Positions 21,293 to 31,128 of a stretch of DNA of 63,455 nucleotides are shown here, in pieces. The stretch comes from Flavobacteriaceae bacterium (GTDB taxonomy: Bacteria > Bacteroidota > Bacteroidia > Flavobacteriales > Weeksellaceae). The stretch is from contig JABCOA020000021.1 of assembly GCA_013333875.2 (NCBI GenBank), forward strand, positions 1-63,455, read 5' to 3'. The notes beneath the pieces were generated by a model. That model made no database searches, had not been told where the DNA came from, and worked only from the letters and a program-made list of their open reading frames with translations. Within the stretch, counting starts at the first letter, position 1, and the number at the start of each line of letters is the position of its first letter. Made by a program: the position numbers and the translations under genes.

Positions 21293-21372
21293 GAAAGAAG
21301 CTTTTTAGCATAGTAATTTATAATATTTCCCTTGTATCAAAAAGGATATTATACAAAAAAAAATAGACAATA

Positions 21373-24333
21373 ATGAATTTCCCAATAAATCAAAATGATA
21401 TATTCCAGGCGACTAATGGTGGTCTGGATCTGATACAGAGGTTTTTGCCTCAGGTTCGGCAGAACAAGCATTTTAAGATTCGGCACGAGGGGACAGAGTC
21501 TGCTAATCTTTCCAAGAAGGACGGGATTTATTTCGTGAAAGACTGGGGAGATACAGGCGGTTTCTATGCCGAAAGCCGAAACGGGATCCACATCTACGCC
21601 CACGAAATGGGGCTTACTTATTTTGAAGCTCTCTTGCAGCTGGGTAGAGAATTGGGGATTTTGGACGAGAATAAAACTAAACCTAAAAATATAAATGTAT
21701 GCAAGTTTTCCGAGTTCGATGGAACGCTGAACGAGGAGGGATTTTGCTACGAAACCAAGGACTTTACAGCTTACGAGCTGGAGGTTCTTGGACCGTTGAT
21801 GACGGAGGAAGTATGCCGAAAGTATGGGCTTTATTCCTTGAAGTCTTATTCTTGGCTCAAAAAGGAAGAGAACGCCCAAAAAGAACTCTGCAATGTCTAC
21901 ACGGTGGAGAGTTCCGAAACCTATCCTGTTTTTGCCTTTATCGTAAAAGCAGGAGGCGGAAAGAAGAAAATCCACCTGGAGGGAGAAAATAAAAATGTAG
22001 TAGTAGAAGAACCCGAAGAGGAAAGAGTTTGGCTGAAAATCTATAAGCCGAAATCAGCAGATAAGAAATACCGATTTTCTTACCTTGGAAAGAAACCCTC
22101 ACAGCACATTTTTGGGCTGGAGAATGTAAAAAACATTTATAATAAACTTCAGCAGGAAGTAGAGGAGTCCTATGATGATGAGGAGGAATCTGCACCAGCC
22201 AAAGTGAAGAAAATAGAGCGAATTATCATCTGCTCTGGCGATAGGGATTCACTTAATATGGCTTCTACAGGCGAAACTGTGGTTTGGTTTAATTCCGAAA
22301 CGGCGGATATTACCGAAACACAAATTGCGATGCTTTTCAAGTATGCATTTGAGGTTATCAATGTTCCAGACCTTGACCCTACAGGCTTCGAGGCTGGGAA
22401 GAAATTGGCTTTGGAGCATATGGATATCAAGACTGCATGGCTCCCAGAAAGCCTTACCAAATCAAAAGATTTCAGAGGCAATCCGAAAAAAGACTTTACC
22501 GATTTTATGAAGTCTGAAGCTGCATTTGAGGACAAGGAACAAAAAGAGCTTCGGGCAAAAGTGAAAAGGTTTCTGGAACTTGCCAGACCTGCTAAGTTTT
22601 GGATTGAAAAGTGGAGAACCAATAAGGAGGGGAAGAAAATAGACCACACACCAACCTACAGCGTGAATTACAAAAATGCGTTCAATTTCTTGAAGCTGAA
22701 CGGATTTTTCAGAATAAAGGATACCACCAGAAAGGATGGTTACTATTTTGTTCAGCAGAATAAGCACATTCTTCGGGAGGTTTCCTCGCAGGAAATCAAA
22801 GACTTTTTCAATAAGTTTTTGGATGAAAAACAGAAAGAAAAAGGGCTTAGACTTTTTCCCGATGAATTGCTGAACATGGTCATTGGTTCAGAGGCAGTTT
22901 CGGAGAAAAAACTCCAGAACCTGGAAAGCAAGGAGTTTGATTTTACAGACTTTACTCCTACTTCTCAGTTTTTCTTCTTTGACAAGTTCATTTGGGAAGT
23001 CAGCAAGGATAAAATCGAGAGGATAGATAAGGGCTACAGCCGTTATGTGATGGAAGAAGACATTTTGAACGAAATCATTTTCCGTCAGACCAGAACGACT
23101 TTGAACACTTCTAAACTGAATATAGAAGAGCCGTTTTTCAACATTAAAAAAGATGAGAATAACAACTGGAAGTTGGATATTGTAAGAAGTGACTGCGACT
23201 TTATGAACTACTTTATCAACACCTGCCGAGTTCATTGGAAAGAAGAATTAAGGGATTTGAAACCGTCTGAATATGATAATTATCTTGACGAAAACAAATT
23301 TATTATCAATAAAGAAACGCTTTCAGAGGATCAGATCTACGAACAAGAATTGCATTTTATCAACAAGGTGTATTCTTTCGGATATATGCTCCACCGATAC
23401 AAAGACCCTGCTAAGGCTTGGTGTCTTTATATCATGGACAATGAAGTGGTAGATGATAACGAGTCCCACGGGCGAACAGGGAAGTCTATTTTTTCCAGCC
23501 ATGCTTTGAGATTGTTCATGAACTCCAAGTATTTAGGAGCAAGAAAAAAGGGACTGCTGGAGAGTGACTTCTTGTATGATGGAATAACGGAACAGACCGA
23601 CTATGTGCTGTTCGATGATGCGGATAAGAGATTCCAGTTTCAGCAATTATTCACGGACATTACTGGAGACTTGAATGTAAACCCGAAGAACCAGAACGCT
23701 TATTTGATTCCGTTCTACTTGTCTCCGAAATTCTGTATTTCCACCAACTATGCGCCTTATGGGCTGGATAGCTCCACCAGAGGGAGGATTTTATTTATGT
23801 CGTTTGGGAATTGGTATCATGGCGAGATAGAAGGTTTTACAGAGCGAAATCCGATGCATGATTTTAACAATAGATTTTTCACTGACTGGGATGAAAAACA
23901 GTGGAATTTGTTCCTAAACTTTGCCATGCAGTGCCTACAGTTCTACCTTTCTACAAATGAAAAGATAGGAGCGCCAGAAGGGAACATCAGAAAGAGAAAC
24001 CTATTGGCTGAAATTGGAATTGTATTCTTTGAATGGGCTGAAGATTATTTCAAAGATGAAAACATTAACCAGGCTGTATGCAGACGAGTAATGTATGAAA
24101 ACTTGAAGAATTATAATAATTCTATGAAGCAGATTTCGGCGACTTCTTTCAAGAATAAACTAAAGCAGTTCTGTGAGCTGAAAGGATACATCTTTAATCC
24201 AAAGGATCAGCTGACAGATAAAGCAGGGCAAAGAATTATGAAATGGACAGACAGCAAAACAGAGGAGCATTTCTTCATCCAAGTCCCAGAGGAAAGCACC
24301 GAGGAAAACGAACCAGATGAACTGTTTTTTTAA
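21373..24333 (+). CDS. replicative primase-helicase (TOPRIM domain + D5/VirE-like P-loop NTPase)
   Basis: TOPRIM-like IICSGDRDS...NVPDLDPTG; Walker A ESHGRTGKS; Walker B YVLFDDAD; 986 aa. Confidence 0.8.
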   Translation: MNFPINQNDIFQATNGGLDLIQRFLPQVRQNKHFKIRHEGTESANLSKKDGIYFVKDWGDTGGFYAESRNGIHIYAHEMGLTYFEALLQLGRELGILDENKTKPKNINVCKFSEFDGTLNEEGFCYETKDFTAYELEVLGPLMTEEVCRKYGLYSLKSYSWLKKEENAQKELCNVYTVESSETYPVFAFIVKAGGGKKKIHLEGENKNVVVEEPEEERVWLKIYKPKSADKKYRFSYLGKKPSQHIFGLENVKNIYNKLQQEVEESYDDEEESAPAKVKKIERIIICSGDRDSLNMASTGETVVWFNSETADITETQIAMLFKYAFEVINVPDLDPTGFEAGKKLALEHMDIKTAWLPESLTKSKDFRGNPKKDFTDFMKSEAAFEDKEQKELRAKVKRFLELARPAKFWIEKWRTNKEGKKIDHTPTYSVNYKNAFNFLKLNGFFRIKDTTRKDGYYFVQQNKHILREVSSQEIKDFFNKFLDEKQKEKGLRLFPDELLNMVIGSEAVSEKKLQNLESKEFDFTDFTPTSQFFFFDKFIWEVSKDKIERIDKGYSRYVMEEDILNEIIFRQTRTTLNTSKLNIEEPFFNIKKDENNNWKLDIVRSDCDFMNYFINTCRVHWKEELRDLKPSEYDNYLDENKFIINKETLSEDQIYEQELHFINKVYSFGYMLHRYKDPAKAWCLYIMDNEVVDDNESHGRTGKSIFSSHALRLFMNSKYLGARKKGLLESDFLYDGITEQTDYVLFDDADKRFQFQQLFTDITGDLNVNPKNQNAYLIPFYLSPKFCISTNYAPYGLDSSTRGRILFMSFGNWYHGEIEGFTERNPMHDFNNRFFTDWDEKQWNLFLNFAMQCLQFYLSTNEKIGAPEGNIRKRNLLAEIGIVFFEWAEDYFKDENINQAVCRRVMYENLKNYNNSMKQISATSFKNKLKQFCELKGYIFNPKDQLTDKAGQRIMKWTDSKTEEHFFIQVPEESTEENEPDELFF

Positions 24334-24351
24334 AGATAAATATTTGAAACT

Positions 24352-24705
24352 ATGATAGAAATGGAATATCCTTTAACCAAACAAATGCTGAGAAAGCAGT
24401 ATGGTTATTTATCATTTGAGTGCACATTCATGAATATGGATGTTATCACCGTAAAGAGTGTGAAAACTTCAAGATGTGTAATGATTACTTATTGCGGAGC
24501 GTGGAAATCTGGGCTTATCTGCTGGGATGAAACCCTGCGTTGGGAAAAAGCGTTTCAGATCTTTAAGGAAGTGCCGAACAATTACAATGATTTAGAGCAA
24601 TGGGAGAGAGAGAATTCGGAAAGAATAGAACTTTTCAAACCACCCAAGGACGACTATGTTTTTATAGATGACAAATTAGTAAGACAAGTGATAAAAACAA
24701 AATAA
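24352..24705 (+). CDS. hypothetical protein
   Basis: 117-aa ORF. Confidence 0.45.
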   Translation: MIEMEYPLTKQMLRKQYGYLSFECTFMNMDVITVKSVKTSRCVMITYCGAWKSGLICWDETLRWEKAFQIFKEVPNNYNDLEQWERENSERIELFKPPKDDYVFIDDKLVRQVIKTK

Positions 24706-24718
24706 AAAAAACAAAAAA

Positions 24719-24961
24719 ATGGATAGAATAAAATTATTTACAACAGGATTTACCCAAGTGTTCCTGGTTGTGCTGAACACTTATTTCATAACGAGAGAAT
24801 TCCTATTCGGAATCCTTGCATGTGGCTTCCTTATTAGCTTTGTATGGTCGCACAATGTGAAGAAAATTGCCTTTGGCAGTGAGCTGGATAGAATTATTTA
24901 TTCCCTTGGAGCGATGACTGGGAGTATACTGGCATTTTACTTCGGGAAATGGATTTATTAA
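24719..24961 (+). CDS. small membrane protein
   Basis: 80 aa, 3 hydrophobic helices. Confidence 0.45.
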   Translation: MDRIKLFTTGFTQVFLVVLNTYFITREFLFGILACGFLISFVWSHNVKKIAFGSELDRIIYSLGAMTGSILAFYFGKWIY

Positions 24962-24989
24962 AAGAACAATTTAAAATTTTTTAAAAAAA

Positions 24990-25466
24990 ATGGAAACAAA
25001 AGAATTTAAAATTCAGGTGCCAGAGGGCTACGAAATTGACATAAAACATTCGACTTTTGAAAATATAATTTTCAGAAAGGTGGAAAGAAAACTTCCTAAA
25101 AAGTGGGAAGATTTAGAGAATGTAAATGGACATTATGTGGATAGTTGGGGTGATGTAAGATGTTATTATGGTGTTAATACTCCAGATCATACGAATAAAA
25201 ACATTTTTCCTACAAAAGAAGAAGCAGAAGCATGTGTGGCACTTGCACAATTGTGCCAGCTTAGAGACAGATATAACGATGGTTGGAAGCCCAATTGGAA
25301 TAGTAAGGCAGAAACAAAATATGTTATAGAAATATTTAAGAACAATATAGCTAAAAATCTTTATGGGGGTAAACGTAGAATATTAGCTTTCAAAACAGAA
25401 GAGCTTAGAGATAAATTTTTAGAAAATTTTGAAGATTTAATCGAAATAGCAAAACCTTTGTTATGA
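24990..25466 (+). CDS. hypothetical phage protein
   Basis: 158-aa ORF. Confidence 0.5.
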   Translation: METKEFKIQVPEGYEIDIKHSTFENIIFRKVERKLPKKWEDLENVNGHYVDSWGDVRCYYGVNTPDHTNKNIFPTKEEAEACVALAQLCQLRDRYNDGWKPNWNSKAETKYVIEIFKNNIAKNLYGGKRRILAFKTEELRDKFLENFEDLIEIAKPLL

Positions 25467-25538
25467 CAGATCGCAGAGAAACAAGTGTAAAAGAATAATC
25501 AAAGTCTATAAAAATAAAAATATTTAAATTTTAATCAT

Positions 25539-25892
25539 ATGGATATTATCGGAAACATCTACAGCAGAGAGGCTGCGGAGCAGAAAACAGAAACATTTCG
25601 TGTTCAAGAGTTTTTATTGGACGCTTCTTACTTTGACAATTACAATCAGACCCAGCGAGAGAATTTCCTCAAAATGCAGGTCAAAAATGCGAACATCGAT
25701 AAGTTAGCAGCAATTCCCGACGGAAGTAGAGTGAAAGTATTTTTCACGATAGAAGGAAGATTCTACGACAAAGAGGATGGAACAAAGGGACACGCTCAGA
25801 ATCTCTCTGCGTTCAATTTCGAAGTGATTAAGCTGGCTGAGAATAAACCAGCCACTCCTGCTGCTCCTGCACCACAAGAAACCGACTTCTAG
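25539..25892 (+). CDS. DUF3127-like OB-fold, SSB-like protein with acidic C-terminal tip
   Basis: M.IIG.I...QEF.L...V.VFF.IEGR.Y layout; Pro/Ala linker; terminal ETDF resembles the SSB D-D-(I/L)-P-F tip. Confidence 0.5.
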   Translation: MDIIGNIYSREAAEQKTETFRVQEFLLDASYFDNYNQTQRENFLKMQVKNANIDKLAAIPDGSRVKVFFTIEGRFYDKEDGTKGHAQNLSAFNFEVIKLAENKPATPAAPAPQETDF

Positions 25893-25924
25893 ATGCTTAG
25901 GCGCTAATTAGTTTTTTTCATTGT

Positions 25925-25958
25925 AATCCGCTCAGATTTGGGCGGATTTTTCTTTTTG
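25925..25958 (+). terminator. rho-independent terminator ending the early/replication operon
   Basis: AATCCGC / GCGGATT stem followed by a T-run. Confidence 0.6.
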
Positions 25959-26024
25959 ATATACATCAGTTTTCGCACACCTACAAGGCGGCGATTTTCA
26001 CAACCCCCTGCCACCCCCAAAAAG

Positions 26025-26260
26025 TTGTAAAAAAGTTGTAAGAATTGTAAGGAATTATCCGAGCGCTCTGTTTGTCGGGTTTTATCGCCTTACAACTTTT
26101 ATTTTTATTTTGTAAGGAATGGATAATCCTTACAAAAAAATTGTAAGGGAAAAACTGCCTTACAAAATGAATTTGGCTGTTGTATGGGATTCTTACAACT
26201 CAAAGTAAGGTATAAATATTTGAAAAATAAGCACTTACAAAATCCTTACAATTCTTACAA
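26025..26260. repeat. array of 12 TTGTAAG / CTTACAA heptamers (iteron- or operator-like)
   Basis: Forward at 26025 (TTGTAAA), 26036, 26045, 26110, 26141; reverse at 26089, 26129, 26159, 26192, 26234, 26245, 26254; two palindromic pairs. Confidence 0.85.
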
Positions 26261-26368
26261 CTTTTTTCCTACTTTTTAGAGAATTTCAGAATAAAAGTTT
26301 CAGAAACTAAAAAAAGCAGAGCCTTTATAATATGGTGGAAAAATCATATACTTGCTGAAAAAATAAGG

Positions 26369-26851
26369 ATGCTAGTAAGTATATTTTTGCCAGTGAGTAA
26401 GCCGATCAAGCAGTTTTTGACTCAGAAATTTGGTGCGGAATATCAGCCAAGCCGAGATAATTGGTTTGGAATTCTTATCAGTTCTCTTTTGAGCAAGAAA
26501 AATTCGAACTGGGATGATCGTGCAAAAAATGAAGTTTTCGAGGAGGAATATAAAATTTCCTTTAAATTGTCTTATTCAGACAAACACGGAATCTGCATTC
26601 TTCCTACGCACGAGCAGCTGCTTCGGCGTGCGGTGGAAAGTCTATTTCGTGAGCATCTGTATGAAACAGCAGTTCTCAATAAACTCTACTATGATATAGA
26701 GTATAAAACCTCCATAGAAAACCTGCTGAATTTCTACGGGATCCATGAGGAAGAAAAATCCTATTATCAAACTATCATTAGGGATTTTAACAGGAAAAAG
26801 GATAAAATCGCCCAACGATTAGAAAACCAGCCAAATAAAATATTTTCGTAA
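26369..26851 (+). CDS. hypothetical protein (first gene after the heptamer array)
   Basis: 160-aa ORF. Confidence 0.5.
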   Translation: MLVSIFLPVSKPIKQFLTQKFGAEYQPSRDNWFGILISSLLSKKNSNWDDRAKNEVFEEEYKISFKLSYSDKHGICILPTHEQLLRRAVESLFREHLYETAVLNKLYYDIEYKTSIENLLNFYGIHEEEKSYYQTIIRDFNRKKDKIAQRLENQPNKIFS

Positions 26852-26865
26852 AAAAACTTTAAAAT

Positions 26866-27321
26866 ATGGTGGAAATCAGCAATATTCCAGAAAAATTCTT
26901 TCGTGAAATTCGACAAATCGAAATTTTCAACGCCAAAGAATATTCATTCACAGCAAACAGCACAGGCAAGAGTGTTTCTGCTGAACCGAAAATAATCTTT
27001 AAAAACATCGTTCCCGAGGACTTTGACAGGTCTATCAAAAGAAAATCCAAAAACGGAAACACTTTTTTCGAGGTGGATTTATCATTTAATCTCTATGGTC
27101 TCAGCCCAATGAACATCAGCGCTTATTCTGTTCTTTTGAACAAAAAGAGTTTTGCTATCCGCCTGGTGACCAATGTAGATTCCATGATATTGGGCAATGA
27201 ACAAGAGCCGTTCATGGTAGAAGTTCACGATGGGCGCAAGGATGATAATTCTGGAAGTGATAGGATGCAGATCCAAATTTCTGGCGCTACCATTATAGAG
27301 CCCAAAGCCCAGAGCTTATAA
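26866..27321 (+). CDS. hypothetical protein
   Basis: 151-aa ORF. Confidence 0.5.
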   Translation: MVEISNIPEKFFREIRQIEIFNAKEYSFTANSTGKSVSAEPKIIFKNIVPEDFDRSIKRKSKNGNTFFEVDLSFNLYGLSPMNISAYSVLLNKKSFAIRLVTNVDSMILGNEQEPFMVEVHDGRKDDNSGSDRMQIQISGATIIEPKAQSL

Positions 27322-27380
27322 TTTTTCTGTCTTTTTTTACGCACTAAACATTTTGGATTTTTGAAAAATAAAATCTAAGA

Positions 27381-28196
27381 ATGTTTAATGGTAATACTTT
27401 ATTAAATACTCCGCTGGCAATAGACAAAGGCTATTTGATGAGCCTTGTTCCATCATTGGCAGCGGAATTTATGTTGATGAAATCCTCTCCTATACAGAGT
27501 GTAAAGGAGAGAGAAATGCAGTATTTATCCAAAATCAACAAACAGGGAGAAGGGAAAGAAAACATGAAGTTTCCTGTAATAGTGGATATTGTGGGAGCAA
27601 TCACTAAATATTCTACTTACTTCTCTTACGGCACCCAGTTCCTTGGGGAACTCTTGAAAGAATTGGATAGAAGCCCAAGTGTTTCGGGAATTATTCTCAA
27701 TATAGATTCTGGAGGCGGTATGGTTTCTGGAACCGCAGAGCTTACCCATATCATCAAGAATTTAGAAACTCCTACTATATCATATACCAGCGGTTATCAG
27801 TGTTCGGCTGCGCTGGACATTGCTTCTGGGTGTAATTATCACATGGCATCTCCTTTTGCTGATAAAATCGGCTCCATTGGGACGATGCTCTCTTATCAAG
27901 ATTTTTCAGCAATGTTCGAAAAATGGGGAGCAAAAATCTATGAAATCTATGCTCCACAGTCTATAGAGAAGAACAAGGAGTATCGTGAACTGATGAAAGG
28001 AAACGAAAAACTCTACACTGAACAGCTGAAAGTTTTAGCAGATGATTTTATTTCCAGGATGAAAGAAAATTTTGGGGAGAAGCTGAAAGATGATGGGCAT
28101 GTTTTCAAAGGAAAAACCTACACTCCGAAAGAGGCTTTGGAAATCGGTCTTATAGATGAACTCGGCTCTCTAGAAGATGCATTGAGCAAATTTTAA
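27381..28196 (+). CDS. S49 (SppA/ClpP-fold) prohead protease
   Basis: ILNIDSGGGMVSG and SGYQCSAALDIASGC blocks; precedes scaffold and capsid genes. Confidence 0.8.
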   Translation: MFNGNTLLNTPLAIDKGYLMSLVPSLAAEFMLMKSSPIQSVKEREMQYLSKINKQGEGKENMKFPVIVDIVGAITKYSTYFSYGTQFLGELLKELDRSPSVSGIILNIDSGGGMVSGTAELTHIIKNLETPTISYTSGYQCSAALDIASGCNYHMASPFADKIGSIGTMLSYQDFSAMFEKWGAKIYEIYAPQSIEKNKEYRELMKGNEKLYTEQLKVLADDFISRMKENFGEKLKDDGHVFKGKTYTPKEALEIGLIDELGSLEDALSKF

Positions 28197-28214
28197 TCAA
28201 TAAATTAAATAAAA

Positions 28215-28685
28215 ATGAAATTTACAAGAATCACAGCCCTACTGGGACTAGCGCAACTGACATTCCATGCAGGAGTGTTTGGAACGCAGAAGCCTTTTGC
28301 GAAGCTATCGGAAGAGGAATTGGAAAAAATAGAAAACGCCTTGGCTGGTCTGGAATCAGAAGGAATGGCGGAAGAACTGGAAAAAACCAAGCAGAGTCTT
28401 TCTGATGCTGTAACGAATTTAGAGGTCGTAAAAAAAAATTCGGAAGAAACGGCACAGGTGGTAGAAGCCGCACTAGAAACTGCAGGGTTAAAAGAGGAAG
28501 CTAAAGAAAGCGTGGTGGAAAACATCGCTTTACTTGGGGAAAAATGCAAGGAATTCGGAGGTTCTAAAAACAGACATTCTGTAGTAGAGAATGACGGAAC
28601 AGAGAATTCTGAAAATGGTTTGATTGGAGGATTTATGAATCCAGAAGATGAGCACAACAAGTTGCTCCAGAGAGTAAAAAAGTAG
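28215..28685 (+). CDS. scaffolding-like acidic coiled-coil protein
   Basis: Glu-rich, helical, lies between the protease and capsid genes. Confidence 0.5.
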   Translation: MKFTRITALLGLAQLTFHAGVFGTQKPFAKLSEEELEKIENALAGLESEGMAEELEKTKQSLSDAVTNLEVVKKNSEETAQVVEAALETAGLKEEAKESVVENIALLGEKCKEFGGSKNRHSVVENDGTENSENGLIGGFMNPEDEHNKLLQRVKK

Positions 28686-28706
28686 AATAAATAAAAAAAT
28701 AAGAAT

Positions 28707-29720
28707 ATGAGTTTAAAAACAGATCAGATTAAAAACGAGCTTATTCGTTATTTATCTGTAAATCCTACTTTATTCAGCGGTATGGTTTTATCCAGTGAGG
28801 TTTACATCAACCGATTTGCTAGAACCGTAACCAAGGTAAAGGGACACTATCCATCGGTTCAGGCATTGATGAGCCATGCAGTTCAGATTTTTGAGTCCAA
28901 GAAAGTGACTCCGTATGGAGATATTACATTCTTATACAAAGATTTGAAGAATTTCCATCAAAAAGTGGATTTCCAAATAGATCCAGCGGAAATTTTGGGA
29001 AGTATTTTTGAAGAAAAATACGAAGAAAGCAAAGGACTGCAGCAAAAGAGCATTTCTGTTCTTGCTATGCAGATTTTAAAAGAAAAAGTGATTGATGATG
29101 TTAATATTTTATCCATCACTGGTAAGTTTGATGCTTCACAGAAAGGGCAGGCATCTCCTACATTCGGTTCATCAATGGACGGTTTGAACGAGGTTCACAA
29201 GAAAATAGCAGCGGATACTACAAATCCTGCGTTCTTGATTCCTGGTGATGCGATAACTAAAACCAATGTTTTGGAAGTGGTAACGGAATACGAAAGACAG
29301 ATTCCATCACTTTATAAAAACAAAGTGAAAACTATCTTCATGAGCCAGACTGATGCGGAAGACTATCAGATTGCATACGAAGATAAGTTCGGACAAAACA
29401 AGTTCCAGGATGATGCCATGAGAACAAGACTTGGCAAGAGACAAATCGTGGGCATACCAAACCTTACCAAAGGAACTATCGTGTCTACGGTGGACAATAA
29501 CCTATTAAGGCTTATTGATGAAATTGACAATCCAGCGACTATTACTTCGGTTCAAGAGAACGGAAGAATATTGGATATTCTTGGAGAGTTCTCTCTTGGA
29601 TATGATTATGCTGTAAACCAATTGGTATTCACGCATACATCAGACGGAACGAAGAAACGAGGATTGAACAATGCGGATCAGAACGAATTGTTCTATGCAA
29701 GTGAAAAACTAAGTGTGTAA
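28707..29720 (+). CDS. major capsid protein (by position and size)
   Basis: 337 aa, directly after protease and scaffold. Confidence 0.6.
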   Translation: MSLKTDQIKNELIRYLSVNPTLFSGMVLSSEVYINRFARTVTKVKGHYPSVQALMSHAVQIFESKKVTPYGDITFLYKDLKNFHQKVDFQIDPAEILGSIFEEKYEESKGLQQKSISVLAMQILKEKVIDDVNILSITGKFDASQKGQASPTFGSSMDGLNEVHKKIAADTTNPAFLIPGDAITKTNVLEVVTEYERQIPSLYKNKVKTIFMSQTDAEDYQIAYEDKFGQNKFQDDAMRTRLGKRQIVGIPNLTKGTIVSTVDNNLLRLIDEIDNPATITSVQENGRILDILGEFSLGYDYAVNQLVFTHTSDGTKKRGLNNADQNELFYASEKLSV

Positions 29721-29775
29721 TCCTATACCTGTAGGCACTTTTTGTGCTTACAGGTTTTTCTAAAAAAATAATATT

Positions 29776-30198
29776 ATGGCAAAAGAAGACGAAAAAGTTT
29801 CTGAAAACATCGAAGAAACTACAGATAATACTTTAGCATCTACAGAAAATGTAGCAAAGGAAACTCTTGATACCAGTGAGGAGGAACTGAATGTTTTTGC
29901 GGACCAGCTGAAAGAAAAAGAAGCTGAACTGGACAAGCGTGAGAAAGAAATCTCAAAAAGAGAAGCTGAACTGGATAAGAGAGAAAAATCTCTTACAAAG
30001 AAAGAATCTAAACCAGCAGAGCCGAAAGCAGAAGCTGTTTCTTTTGAGTTCAATGGAGAAAAATACAGGTTCACTGATGATGCTCCGAGCAAAATCAGAA
30101 TTGATGGTTTCATTAAAACTCAGCAGGAAATATCCCAAGACAAAGACATACTGCTTCAGTTGGTCGTTGGCGGGTCTGGATTGATAGAAAAAGTTTAA
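29776..30198 (+). CDS. acidic coiled-coil protein with internal repeat
   Basis: KEAELDKREKEISKREAELDKREKSL tandem repeat. Confidence 0.45.
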   Translation: MAKEDEKVSENIEETTDNTLASTENVAKETLDTSEEELNVFADQLKEKEAELDKREKEISKREAELDKREKSLTKKESKPAEPKAEAVSFEFNGEKYRFTDDAPSKIRIDGFIKTQQEISQDKDILLQLVVGGSGLIEKV

Positions 30199-30218
30199 CA
30201 AAAAAAATAAATAAAATT

Positions 30219-30770
30219 ATGGCAAGTTGTTTTGATAGCATTCCGCACGAGAACTTGGAGCATTGTCCAAACGATGAAATCAATTCTGGGATTGCAACGA
30301 AGTTATATTATGTTCCTGTAGATTTCATTAAAAGCATGGCAAAGCCTACGATTTCTACTACCTATGCCAGCAGGGTAACCATTGCAGCAGGAGGTATTGT
30401 TCTCAATAAGGATAAAGCGTGGAAATCCATCGATATTCAGATGGATGAAGGAGAGTTGAAACCAACCCTTACAGGGAATGTGGGCAACAAGAAGACAAAA
30501 ACAGAATTGGAATTTCTTATTCCTGGTCTCAGAACGGAAGTGCTGGGCTGGATAGATGCCTATAAGAATGCTCCGTGTGTTTTTGTGGTAAAAGATGCCA
30601 ACGGAAAACTCTTTGTGATTGGAAACAAAGACCTTGGAGCAAGAATAGATTCTGCCGAGGGAACTACAGGTAAGAAGATAGATGATAACTCTGGAGTAAC
30701 AGTGAAGTTGGTAGCGAATGCGAAAACTTGTGTGTATGAAGGAGAAATCACATTAGAACCTGCAGCGTAG
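30219..30770 (+). CDS. virion structural protein, paralog A of 38970..39575
   Basis: Alignable over full length with the second copy (HCP, LYY, NG..-V.GN, T.GKK blocks). Confidence 0.5.
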   Translation: MASCFDSIPHENLEHCPNDEINSGIATKLYYVPVDFIKSMAKPTISTTYASRVTIAAGGIVLNKDKAWKSIDIQMDEGELKPTLTGNVGNKKTKTELEFLIPGLRTEVLGWIDAYKNAPCVFVVKDANGKLFVIGNKDLGARIDSAEGTTGKKIDDNSGVTVKLVANAKTCVYEGEITLEPAA

Positions 30771-30783
30771 AAAATTGGAAAAG

Positions 30784-31107
30784 ATGGATAAAAAGTATTT
30801 CAAACTGAATGTTCCGATAGGAACAAGGATTATCAGTTCTCGTGGTGATTTTGTAGTGGAAGAAGTTCCAGATGATGCTTTTGATTTTTTCCAAAGAGGC
30901 TCTCAGTGGCTTTCGCTGGTGCCAGAGGCTGTAGAGGGTCTTTCCAAATTGTCGGAAACGAAACTTAAAAGCCTTTTAGCTCTCAAAGAAAGGCAGGATA
31001 TGGCAGAAGACGCTGGCATTATCCAAGAGGCTTTGGAGCAAATTCTCCTTACGAGAACGGAGACAGCAGAAGATAAATCAAAATCACAAAAGAAACAGGA
31101 AGCCTAG
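30784..31107 (+). CDS. hypothetical protein
   Basis: ATG at 30784 within ORF 30775..31107. Confidence 0.45.
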   Translation: MDKKYFKLNVPIGTRIISSRGDFVVEEVPDDAFDFFQRGSQWLSLVPEAVEGLSKLSETKLKSLLALKERQDMAEDAGIIQEALEQILLTRTETAEDKSKSQKKQEA

Positions 31108-31128
31108 TGCTTTCTGTTTTTTATCATT

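Noticed and set aside
21349-21975. 208-aa minus-strand ORF overlapping the start of the primase-helicase gene
   Set aside because: It is entirely antisense to a motif-rich 986-aa gene, its composition is low-complexity and hydrophobic, and it has no motif. It is most likely a shadow ORF.
26025-26260. Possible CRISPR array
   Set aside because: The repeats are only 7-9 bp, occur in both orientations and have irregular short spacing. No cas genes are present. The region is interpreted as a protein-binding array instead.
28205-28660. 151-aa Ser-rich minus-strand ORF, with similar ones at 29760..30113, 51727..52086 and 54655..54996
   Set aside because: These are antisense to Glu/Lys-rich coiled-coil genes. 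GAA/AAG-rich coding produces open TTC/CTT frames on the other strand.
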